A DNA stretch of 64,000 bases from Candidatus Poribacteria bacterium WGA-3G. GTDB taxonomy: Bacteria; Poribacteria; WGA-4E; WGA-3G. The translations under genes were made by a program, and so were the position numbers. The notes beneath the pieces were generated by a model. That model was not told where the DNA came from. It made no database searches and saw nothing but the letters and a program-made list of their open reading frames with translations. The stretch's first letter is position 1; every line of letters starts with the position of its first letter. The stretch spans positions 19,327 to 83,326 of the forward strand of contig ASZN01000008.1 of NCBI GenBank assembly GCA_000406005.1. Reading direction: 5' to 3'. Shown in pieces: positions 33,003-41,590 of the stretch.

Positions 33003-34769
33003 CTACTTGAGAATAACCATGCGTCGGGTTGCGGCAAAGTCAGCCGTCTGGAGCGTGTAGAAGTAGAGTCCACTCGATACGTGTTCACCAACAGCGTTCT
33101 TACCATCCCAATACGCCGCGGTCGCAGGTGTCATGTAGGAACCGACGGGTTGCAAGCCTAAGTCTAACGTCCGAACCAATTGACCTGCGACGTTGTGGAT
33201 ACTGATTGTGACTTCAGCCGGTTTGCTCAGCTGATACGGTATCCATGTTTCCGGGTTGAACGGATTCGGGAAGTTCTGTGCAAGGATTGTATCCTTCGGC
33301 TGCACATCGCCAACATTCAGTTGCAGACTTAGGAAAGCGTTGCGGATGTCAGCGGTTGTGACGGTGCGTTGGAAGGGGCCAGAGACGACGTTACCGTGTT
33401 CGTCGTAGAGTGCGATTTCGAGTTTATCGCCGGCTTCGACGACGCTTTTACGGTTCAGGTCTGCCCAGACAGCGGCGGAACGTTTCACGTCGCTGGTGAT
33501 GCTTTCCGTAGCGATGGTGCCGGTGCGGAGGTTTTCAGCGACGAGGGTGTATCCGGTGTCTGCCTGCATGCCACGAACATTGCTGGTGACGACAAACGCC
33601 CATGTGTTCTTATGCGTTGAAAGTGTCGGTGCAGCGGGTGCATCCTCAGCCTCGGTTTCGGACTGATTATCCCACGCTGTCCCTGTGAACGTTACCGCCT
33701 CTCCAGTGGGTGTATTGACGATATAACCTTTTCCGCCATCAATACCAAAACCATCACCTTCATCAAGGGTGGTGTAAGCGATAAAGTTCTGGGTTACTGT
33801 ATCTAATCGAATAACAAGGGTTGCGTTTAACATCTCTGCTAACGATTTCGCGGTGTAGGATTCTTCCGGCATCAATGGGATGGAAACCATATTCAGACCG
33901 GGTTCAAGTGTGAGATCAAAACTGTAGGTTTTGGGAGCCATCGGTTCTTCAACGACTGGCTCATCCACAGTTGGTTCTTCGACCATCGGTTCTTCCATCA
34001 TGTCTTCTTCGACGACGGGTTCTTCTTCGGTGACAGACGTTTCCTCAGTCGCAGTTGGTTCTTCGACAGGTGTCTCCTCAACAACAGGCATCTCTTCAAC
34101 CGGAGGTGGTTCGACTAAGTTGTAACTTGCCAAGTCAAAAACAATTTCGTTTGTATCCTGGAATTTAACGGGCCCCACATCGGGTGCAAGCCATAGGAAC
34201 TCATTCTCACGTATAACTGTAATCGCTGTGACGGCTTTTCGCTGGGTCTCCACCTTAACACAATCTTTGAATACGCCTATCGGGGTTTCAACGTCCTCGA
34301 TTGCGACAACCTCTAAACTGCTGGTAGTGGTCGCTGCGCCGACCAGTAGCAGTACTGTTTCCGTCACAATCTCCCAGGTATGTCCGAGGGGTAGCGCGGC
34401 GGGGAAATTAGTGACGGGTGGCTCAAAAGTCGCCTCGGCGATGCCAAATGCGCCTCGGTCGAAGGCAACTTGATGTAGTATAATCTCTCCATCTTCAGCA
34501 ACAGTTACCCAGGACTTGTCAAACGCAACTGTGCCTGTTCCGACTGTCTCCTTAGCGATGTTCAGGAGGATAAATTCCGCACCGTTAATAGTTTCGGGGC
34601 CCTCAATGGTATAGGTGCGTTGCTCAGTGCCGTCGGTACTCAAGAGAACCCACGTATTGCCGACGGTTGCTGGAAAATGATTTTGTGCTGTCGCTGTAAG
34701 TGCGAAACCACAGATAATACTTAGGACGAAAAACGGTTTGAACCAGGACATAAGTTTGGTAGATTTCAT
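33003..34769 (-). CDS. Secreted protein: same N-terminal domain, acidic P/E/V linker, middle domains and a C-terminal 'NPFNPET...FYTL' sorting/FlgD-Ig-like domain
   Basis: AQNHFPATVGNTWVLLSTDG...; linker EPPPVEEMPVVEETPVEEPTATEE...; C-terminus QNFPNPFNPETWIPYQLSKPAEVTISIHNVAGQLVRTLDLG...YWDGKNAVGEHVSSGLYFYTLQTADFAATRRMVILK. Confidence 0.8.
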   Translation of the reverse strand: MKSTKLMSWFKPFFVLSIICGFALTATAQNHFPATVGNTWVLLSTDGTEQRTYTIEGPETINGAEFILLNIAKETVGTGTVAFDKSWVTVAEDGEIILHQVAFDRGAFGIAEATFEPPVTNFPAALPLGHTWEIVTETVLLLVGAATTTSSLEVVAIEDVETPIGVFKDCVKVETQRKAVTAITVIRENEFLWLAPDVGPVKFQDTNEIVFDLASYNLVEPPPVEEMPVVEETPVEEPTATEETSVTEEEPVVEEDMMEEPMVEEPTVDEPVVEEPMAPKTYSFDLTLEPGLNMVSIPLMPEESYTAKSLAEMLNATLVIRLDTVTQNFIAYTTLDEGDGFGIDGGKGYIVNTPTGEAVTFTGTAWDNQSETEAEDAPAAPTLSTHKNTWAFVVTSNVRGMQADTGYTLVAENLRTGTIATESITSDVKRSAAVWADLNRKSVVEAGDKLEIALYDEHGNVVSGPFQRTVTTADIRNAFLSLQLNVGDVQPKDTILAQNFPNPFNPETWIPYQLSKPAEVTISIHNVAGQLVRTLDLGLQPVGSYMTPATAAYWDGKNAVGEHVSSGLYFYTLQTADFAATRRMVILK

Positions 34770-34819
34770 AATTTAGAACTCCTTAAATGAAGTGAAATAT
34801 AAAGTGTGAACAGTGTTTA

Positions 34820-35023
34820 CTATCCTATCGGAACCCGCGTGCGTACCGGTAAAAACACGAGTGGTTGATCGTGGTGCGGTACCGTAGTATCAGGAGGGAC
34901 ATGCCATCCTTCTGGGGAGAGGTCCTCTTTTTCCGACACGTATTGGTATCCGAACCACATTCCAACTGCCATCGCCGCTGCAGCGACGACAATTACAGCT
35001 AATACCACTTTCCAAGTTACCAT
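34820..35023 (-). CDS. Small single-pass membrane protein (67 aa), hypothetical
   Basis: ORF with a clear TM helix VVLAVIVVAAAAMAVGMWFGY; no other support. Confidence 0.25.
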   Translation of the reverse strand: MVTWKVVLAVIVVAAAAMAVGMWFGYQYVSEKEDLSPEGWHVPPDTTVPHHDQPLVFLPVRTRVPIG

Positions 35024-35161
35024 GTTGACCTCTCTTGGGTTCCGTGTGATAGGTCTTAGGTGCTACAAAATTCACCATTAGAGAATGTAACCGAGCGATT
35101 GATTTCAAGGTTACAATTATTTGTTTGCTAAAAACGCTAAAGTAGGTTAATCCGGATAGGA

Positions 35162-36118
35162 TTAACTGCTGAGATTCTGTGCGATGAGAACCAGATCCAA
35201 GATGTTAACGATTCCATCACTGTTTACATCTGCTTCGGGGTCCGATTCACCGAAGCGAGACGCGACGAAGGTGAGGTCCAAGATATTTACAACGCCGTCC
35301 GCTGTCACGTCATAGGGTAGTGGTTCAGGCGTAGTGTCTTCTTCAGACGGCTCAGTTGGTTCAGAAGGCATTTCGGACGTAGTGTCTTCTTCGGACGGTT
35401 CAGACGGTTCGGATATCATGTCTTCCTCTGGCGTATCGGGTTCATCGGGGACAGTTAGCAGGTTGAAATCAACTAATGTAGAGATCAGACCTTCGCTGTT
35501 TTGGTATTGGACGGGTCCCACATTGGGTGCTAACCATTGATAGGTTGTCGATTCAACAGTTATGAAGCCTCCGGCAGAGAACACCAACGCCAGCTCAACC
35601 TTCGCGCAGTTTTGGAATGTTCCTGCGGATGTTTCAAGTTCTTCAAATGCGACGACTTCTAAATTCGTGGTGCTTTTTCCAGATATGAAAGTCAGAATGC
35701 TCAGTTTAACTGCATCGGTATCAATTTGCCATTTATCGCCTAACATTAAAGTTAAGGGGAAAAAAGTGGCAGGTGTTGAAAAGTTAGTCGTCACGGTGCC
35801 GAGATCGCCTTCTTCTAAGATAGTTCCGTGGAGTTTGATGTCCTCACTGCCGACAGTTAGGAAATATTTATCAGTATCAATAACGTCGCCAGTGTCGAGT
35901 TCTTCTATCTCAATTTTCAAGGTGATGACCTCGGTGCCTTCAAAAGTATCGGGTCCCTCGAGACTATAGGTGCGCCGTTCTTCAGCATCCTCTAAAACCC
36001 AAGTATTGCCGACATCCGCAGGGTAATAATTTTGGGCTGTCGCTGTGAAGGCGAAGCCGTAAGCGAGAACCAGGACCAGGACAGATTTAAGCCTGCGTAA
36101 AAATATTTCTGTTTTCAT
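35162..36118 (-). CDS. Secreted protein: same N-terminal domain plus acidic linker plus dockerin-type repeat pair
   Basis: AQNYYPADVGNTWVLEDAEE...; linker PDEPDTPEEDMISEPSEPSEEDTTSE...; C-terminal DVTADGVVNILDLTFVASRFG...DVNSDGIVNILDLVLIAQNL. Confidence 0.8.
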   Translation of the reverse strand: MKTEIFLRRLKSVLVLVLAYGFAFTATAQNYYPADVGNTWVLEDAEERRTYSLEGPDTFEGTEVITLKIEIEELDTGDVIDTDKYFLTVGSEDIKLHGTILEEGDLGTVTTNFSTPATFFPLTLMLGDKWQIDTDAVKLSILTFISGKSTTNLEVVAFEELETSAGTFQNCAKVELALVFSAGGFITVESTTYQWLAPNVGPVQYQNSEGLISTLVDFNLLTVPDEPDTPEEDMISEPSEPSEEDTTSEMPSEPTEPSEEDTTPEPLPYDVTADGVVNILDLTFVASRFGESDPEADVNSDGIVNILDLVLIAQNLSS

Positions 36119-36216
36119 AGTTTAATTCCATCCAAACAAAATAGTGATGTGGCTAATAGGGAATAGCGCACTCCGTAGGTTGGGTTGAGCAGGACTTCAA
36201 GCCCTACTCCATCCGA

Positions 36217-36927
36217 CTATTGTAAAATAAAATTTCTGTTTTCATCAAACGCGGGAATAGCCCGGGCATCCAATCCAAAAGCGGTATACACGTCTTTCAC
36301 TAAACCGTAAGCTACATGGTCAGGGATAAAATTGTTGCAAGCCCACTGTTCAGAATGAATGGGAGTTGTACCTTCGTACACACCTCTCTCATCCAAGAAT
36401 GCACCAAACGTAGGATAGGTAGGTGGTCCCTCTGGCAACGCATACCCTGTGATATTATGGTAGTTCTGTTGTATGAATACATCAGATTCAATACCAGACG
36501 CATCGTATATTGAATTCACTAATCGCATGAATGAGACAGGAAACTCAATCACTACATACGGGTACAACCATTTTACAGAATTAGGAATTGCAAATTGTGG
36601 GGAACCCCATCCTCTTTGGAACTGGACATTAATAGGACACCGGACTTCAAAATATCCATCCTTTAGCAAGATAATTTGACCTCCAGTTATATTGCGTCCG
36701 TTTATGCCCTCTTCCAATTGATACACTTCCTTTTCCCATAGTCCTGTAACACCAAAACCGGCCCAACGCTTATTCGGTGGATTATACAAAATATCGCGTA
36801 TACGTTGATCTTCGGTAGATACAACGTTCTGATTGGATTCATTCGGTGCCGCGAAGATACGATAATAGGGTTGGTTGGATATAGCCTCAAGAAAAGAAGA
36901 ATTATATTTTGACAAAAGTGAATTCAT
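36217..36927 (-). CDS. Hypothetical protein (236 aa), translationally coupled partner of the AlbA_2-like gene
   Basis: Its ATG overlaps the upstream stop (ATGA at 36924-36927). No recognisable motif. AT-rich. Confidence 0.6.
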   Translation of the reverse strand: MNSLLSKYNSSFLEAISNQPYYRIFAAPNESNQNVVSTEDQRIRDILYNPPNKRWAGFGVTGLWEKEVYQLEEGINGRNITGGQIILLKDGYFEVRCPINVQFQRGWGSPQFAIPNSVKWLYPYVVIEFPVSFMRLVNSIYDASGIESDVFIQQNYHNITGYALPEGPPTYPTFGAFLDERGVYEGTTPIHSEQWACNNFIPDHVAYGLVKDVYTAFGLDARAIPAFDENRNFILQ

Positions 36928-37553
36928 TTGTTCCCTCCAATTTCCTTTAAAATATTTGTTGTTTGACTTTCAATTCTGTCCAACTGTCCCCTAATGTCAT
37001 CCATAGATGACAGCTGATGTCGTGCTAAAAGATCGGGAATGAACTCCTCTATCTGAAACTCTTTTGTAGTATCTCCATACCGCTTCACAAAGTTGAGCGT
37101 CCCTCTTGAATTAAAACCATGAGGACGATTTTCACTAAAAGGAATATGAATGATTATAAGGTTGCACTCTTTGTCCGGCAATCTCAGTTTATGTGGTTTT
37201 ACCTCTAATTTTGCGATTCGTGGAACTATATGTTGGTGGCAAGTGTTATAGATACTCTCAGTTTTTCTTTCTGTATCAGGGATGTCAACAAATCTTTGTG
37301 CAATTTTGTTTTCTTCACCAACACCAATAAGGATATATCCTCCCTCAGCATTAACCATCGCGGTAACATCTTTACATATCTCGCGTTTATACTTCTCGCC
37401 GTCAGTTCTATATCCTTCGTAGTGCCTCTCCTTGAAATCAATCCATAAATTTTCTTCTTGGTTACCGATTAGATCTATCAGATCCTGGTCCTTAATTTCA
37501 GATATCGGTTTATTATCAAATATCATTGCTAATACCTGATCAACCGTATGCAT
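36924..37553 (-). CDS. AlbA_2 (Schlafen-like 'divergent AAA') domain protein, stand-alone
   Basis: SEIKDQDLIDLIGNQEENLWIDFKERHYEG...ICKDVTAMVNAEGGYILIGVGEENKI follows the E-x-x-x-(L/I)-E-(F/Y)-K ... (F/M)-x-N-x-x-GG-x-(L/I)-x-(I/L)-G-V pattern of PF04326-type domains. It lacks the HTH or helicase extensions usually attached. Confidence 0.6.
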   Translation of the reverse strand: MHTVDQVLAMIFDNKPISEIKDQDLIDLIGNQEENLWIDFKERHYEGYRTDGEKYKREICKDVTAMVNAEGGYILIGVGEENKIAQRFVDIPDTERKTESIYNTCHQHIVPRIAKLEVKPHKLRLPDKECNLIIIHIPFSENRPHGFNSRGTLNFVKRYGDTTKEFQIEEFIPDLLARHQLSSMDDIRGQLDRIESQTTNILKEIGGNK

Positions 37554-37854
37554 AGAAATCTATCAAGGTCCACAATTGCAAATGACTTTCTTTCTATAAA
37601 ATCTACCATCTCATCAAATATAGTCATGATAAACCTTCCTACGTTGCCTCTGTTTCCTAACATGAATAGCAAATTCAACACGTAGTGTCAAACCTGTCAA
37701 ACATGCAATTTTAGCGTGTTGACTTTTTCTAAATTTCGTGTGATAATAAGAATATATTACTACATTTATTGGAATTTTGCAAGACGTAAAAAGATATAAT
37801 TCCGAATCGCGAGCACAGCTCGCTCCTACAAAAATACTTAAAGGAGAAGTATAG

Positions 37855-38586
37855 ATGCGTTTAGAGGGACAGGTTGCGATTGTTACAGGTGGTGGCGGAG
37901 GTATCGGGAGAGCGACATGCCTCGCCTTTGCAAGAGAGGGCGCGGACATTGTTATCCCTGAAGTGAATATCGCGAATGCAGAGGCGGCTTCAGGAGAGAT
38001 CAAAGACCTCGGTAGAAAGTGCTTGGTTATTGAAACGGATGTGGCAGATGGCGACTCTGTCCGTGAGATGGTTCAGAGGACACTCGAAACGTTTGGACGC
38101 ATTGATATTTTAGTCAATAACGCCGGTATTTTCAGTTATACGCGTATAGATGCGTGCACCGAAGCGGAATGGGATCGGATGATGGCGGTGAATCTCAAGG
38201 GTCCGTTTCTGTGCTCGCAAGCAGTGATGGAGACGATGAAGGCGCAACGGTCCGGACGGATTATCAATCTCGGTTCGTTGGCGGGACAGGTTGGCGGTTT
38301 GGTGGCATCTGCGCCGTATTCCGCCTCAAAAGCGGGTGTTATGTGTCTGACGAAATCGTTGGCGCGTGTGCTCGGCGAATATAGTATTACTGTTAACTCT
38401 ATTGCACCGGGTGTCGCCGCGACGGAGATGGCGAAGAATCACCCGGATATGACGGATCAGATTCCGTTGGGACGCGTTGCCGATGCCTCGGAGATTGCGA
38501 GTGCTATCCTTTTTCTTGCTTCAGAAGAGGGACGTTATGTGACGGGTGCGACGCTGGATGTCAATGGTGGGATACGGATGGCGTAG
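37855..38586 (+). CDS. SDR family oxidoreductase (FabG-like 3-oxoacyl reductase)
   Basis: TGGGGGIG cofactor motif, NNAG, and catalytic YSASKAG (Y-x3-K). Confidence 0.9.
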   Translation: MRLEGQVAIVTGGGGGIGRATCLAFAREGADIVIPEVNIANAEAASGEIKDLGRKCLVIETDVADGDSVREMVQRTLETFGRIDILVNNAGIFSYTRIDACTEAEWDRMMAVNLKGPFLCSQAVMETMKAQRSGRIINLGSLAGQVGGLVASAPYSASKAGVMCLTKSLARVLGEYSITVNSIAPGVAATEMAKNHPDMTDQIPLGRVADASEIASAILFLASEEGRYVTGATLDVNGGIRMA

Positions 38587-38720
38587 ATGGTTGTCAGTAG
38601 TTGTCAGTCGTCAGTACGGTTTTCGGCGAAAACCTTTCAGTTGTCGGAAAGAGGAAACCTTAGCACTACCAAAACCTCTTGTGCCTGATAACCGATAACT
38701 GAAAACTATTCTTCTGATAG
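38587..38720. repeat. CAGT-rich long hairpin repeat
   Basis: GGTTGTCAGTAGTTGTCAGTCGTCAGT ... CTGATAACCGATAACTGAAAACT inverted arms directly after the SDR stop codon. Confidence 0.55.
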
Positions 38721-38746
38721 CCGTTAAGGATAAAAAGGGGATTAAT

Positions 38747-39754
38747 ATGGAATATAGGACGCTTGGACGTGCCGGTGTTAAAGTTTCACCGCTCTGTCTC
38801 GGTACAATGATGTTTGGTGGCCCGACGAATGAGCGGGATTCGATTCGGATTATTCATCGCGCGATGGATGCGGGTATCAATTTTATGGACACTGCGAATG
38901 TCTATAACGACGGTGAATCTGAACGGGTTATCGGGAAGGCGGTTCGCGCAAACCGAGAGAAATGGGTTATCGCTACAAAAGTACACGGATCGATGGGTGA
39001 TGATGTGAACGAAGCAGGGTCGCACCGATTTCACATTATGTCGGCGGTTGAAGCGAGCCTCGGACGGCTCGGCACGGATCATATCGACGTTTATTATTTA
39101 CATCGCTGGGATGCATCTACGCGGATTGCGGAATCATTACGCGCATTGGACGATTGCGTGCGGCAAGGGAAAGTGCGTTACATCGCGTGTTCTAATTTTC
39201 AGGCGTGGCGTATCTGTGAGGCACTCTGGACGAGCGAGAAGCATGGGCTGGAGGAGTTCGTGTGTGTGCAACCGCTTTACAACATCGTGAATCGAGATAT
39301 CGAAGTGGAGTTGCTGCCGTTTTGTGAGAAGTATGGTGTCGGTGTTGTGCCGTATAGTCCTTTGGCGCGGGGTGTCTTGTCGGGTAAGTATTTGCCCGGT
39401 GAGGAACCGCCGGATGGTTCGAGAGCGGCGCGAAAAGATAGACGGATTTTACAGACTGAGCTCCGCGAGGAGAGTTATGAAGTCGCACAGCAACTCATAC
39501 CGTTAGCGGAGGTGCACGGTAAGACGTTGACGCAGTTTTCATTGGCGTGGGTGTTGGCGAATCCGGTCATTACTTCTGTCATCATCGGTCCCCGCACGAT
39601 GGATCAATTTGAGGATAATTTAGGGTGCTTAGATTGTAAGTTAACGGAGTCCGATGAAACGGCTATTAACGAGTGGGTACCGCTTGGCGAACACACTGGT
39701 AAAGGATATAACGATCCGGCGTATCCTGTATTGGGACGGTTTGGAGCGGAATAG
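38747..39754 (+). CDS. Aldo/keto reductase
   Basis: LGTMMFGG, DTANVYNDGESE, IATKV and YYLHRWD blocks typical of the AKR family. Confidence 0.9.
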   Translation: MEYRTLGRAGVKVSPLCLGTMMFGGPTNERDSIRIIHRAMDAGINFMDTANVYNDGESERVIGKAVRANREKWVIATKVHGSMGDDVNEAGSHRFHIMSAVEASLGRLGTDHIDVYYLHRWDASTRIAESLRALDDCVRQGKVRYIACSNFQAWRICEALWTSEKHGLEEFVCVQPLYNIVNRDIEVELLPFCEKYGVGVVPYSPLARGVLSGKYLPGEEPPDGSRAARKDRRILQTELREESYEVAQQLIPLAEVHGKTLTQFSLAWVLANPVITSVIIGPRTMDQFEDNLGCLDCKLTESDETAINEWVPLGEHTGKGYNDPAYPVLGRFGAE

Positions 39755-39781
39755 TGTGGTTTACAGAGCGGAGGCATTAGG

Positions 39782-40663
39782 TCACCTCAGCCACGGTAAC
39801 ATTCTGGAAAAGGCGCGGGAGTGCTCTTTGACGAGGAAAAAATTCCTTTGGGTTGTGTCAGAGAGCCTGTTACATCGCCGGATAGAATGTTTCCTGATTT
39901 CATATAATTGATACCCTAAGTCTGTGACGTAATCTTCAATCTCTGCGAAAATGTTGCGGTTTGTTTCACCGACATCTTTGAGTTCTGCCATTAAGAGCGG
40001 TGCGTGTGTCCTTAAGCAGTGTTCACCCCCTTGTAGGACTTCTAACTGATAACCTTCTACATCAATTTTGACAAAATCCGGAGCCGATAGTTCGCTAAAA
40101 AGGTTGTCAATCGTATCGAGTGTTACGCGTTCGGATGCCGTTCGCTTGTTGGTATACTTTAAGGAAGCCGTACCTTCGGCGAGTCCGGCTTCGGAATAGT
40201 GGAGGTGGCGTTGCTCTACTTTATCACCGATCCCTTTATTAATTACAGTGGTATTTGTGAATCGGTTCAGAGAGACGTTTTCATGGAGGTAACCGTAAGT
40301 GCGTGATGCGGGTTCAAATGCTACGACTGCGCCGGTCTCTCCGACCTGTGAGGCGAGGAGACAGGTATAGAACCCGATGTTTGCACCGATGTCCCAACAA
40401 ATATCCCCCGGTTTGATCATCTTCAGGAGTTTGGTGACGATATATCTTTCGTCATGCGTGCCGTAAAAATAGAGGTACTGGTGTTCAGGGTTTGCTAAGT
40501 TGGCTTTCAATCGGAACGGGTACTTTGTTTTAAAGGTCGTTATCGGATCTTCTGGGGTAATCCAATCTCTGGTAAGGTTGAGGAGTAGGCTTTTCCCATC
40601 AGTGATTGGACACCATCGGAGATAGCCGCGTACAAGCCGATTGAGTTGCCGGTTCATCCCCAC
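39782..40663 (-). CDS. FkbM family methyltransferase
   Basis: DIGANIGFYT SAM-binding motif and FkbM-like length and organisation. Confidence 0.8.
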   Translation of the reverse strand: MGMNRQLNRLVRGYLRWCPITDGKSLLLNLTRDWITPEDPITTFKTKYPFRLKANLANPEHQYLYFYGTHDERYIVTKLLKMIKPGDICWDIGANIGFYTCLLASQVGETGAVVAFEPASRTYGYLHENVSLNRFTNTTVINKGIGDKVEQRHLHYSEAGLAEGTASLKYTNKRTASERVTLDTIDNLFSELSAPDFVKIDVEGYQLEVLQGGEHCLRTHAPLLMAELKDVGETNRNIFAEIEDYVTDLGYQLYEIRKHSIRRCNRLSDTTQRNFFLVKEHSRAFSRMLPWLR

Positions 40664-41547
40664 GTTTCAAGTCCCAGTATTTTTTTGCCGAGTTCGGTCA
40701 GTTCTGCTGTTTCGCTGGATTCGTGTTCCTTTTCGGCGCGTTCGCCGCCGAAGCCTGCCATCCGTTCTTTCCAAGCGTTGATGCGTCGCTGGCGTGCCTC
40801 CTGATTGGTTTCGCCTGCTGGGTACATCGTGATGTATTGGGCAACGCGTGGGATGTCAGCGGTATTGATGCCTGCGCTGTGCGGCAATGCGCTGTGCCAA
40901 ATGACGAGGTCCCCTGCCTTACCGGGCACGGGCACTGCTCCGAGTGCCACTAAATCCTGTTTCTTCGGGTCTGCGTCGTCAGGGAGGCTATTTATCCACG
41001 CTTCAATCTTGTTATGGAATCCGGGTACACAGGTGAATGCGCCTTGGTTGGCGGCGGTATCGGTAAGATAGAGAACGCCTTGCACATGGAAACGGAAAGG
41101 CAGGTCAATAGAGGTATCCCAATGGAGTCCTAAATTTGTGCGTTCAAATTTGCCGGGGACATTGGGTGGACTCATGCTCGCTCGATCGAAGCTCACCCAG
41201 AGTTTCTCGGTGCCCCAAATTTCGGCGAAAGCCTGATGGACGCGCGGGGACTGGCGAGTTGCCCATAGGGCTGGGTGCTGGTAGATTTCGACCATGATAC
41301 CTCTACGAGGCGGGTCGGGATACCAACTGTCTGGGTCTTCGGCATCCATTTCGATGAAATCCCAAACCGCTTTAGCGGCATCTTGGATTAATTCTGGTGG
41401 TGCAGCATCACGGATAACGACGTAGCCGTTCTCTTCCCAAAAAGCGTGGTCTTCGGAACTTAAAACTGCCATCTTTTCCTCCAGATGTTCATTGTCTGAA
41501 TCAGGATTTTTCAGGATTAGAGACATTTCTTGCGTTAAAGCGAGCAT
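40654..41547 (-). CDS. Phytanoyl-CoA dioxygenase (PhyH) family Fe(II)/2-oxoglutarate oxygenase
   Basis: GLHWDT (H-x-D) and LVIWHSALPHSAG (distal His) motifs. Overlaps the FkbM gene by 10 nt. Confidence 0.8.
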   Translation of the reverse strand: MLALTQEMSLILKNPDSDNEHLEEKMAVLSSEDHAFWEENGYVVIRDAAPPELIQDAAKAVWDFIEMDAEDPDSWYPDPPRRGIMVEIYQHPALWATRQSPRVHQAFAEIWGTEKLWVSFDRASMSPPNVPGKFERTNLGLHWDTSIDLPFRFHVQGVLYLTDTAANQGAFTCVPGFHNKIEAWINSLPDDADPKKQDLVALGAVPVPGKAGDLVIWHSALPHSAGINTADIPRVAQYITMYPAGETNQEARQRRINAWKERMAGFGGERAEKEHESSETAELTELGKKILGLETWG

Positions 41548-41590
41548 AGGCGGGCAGAAGCCCCGCCCTTTGCTATAGTGAAATGGAAAA

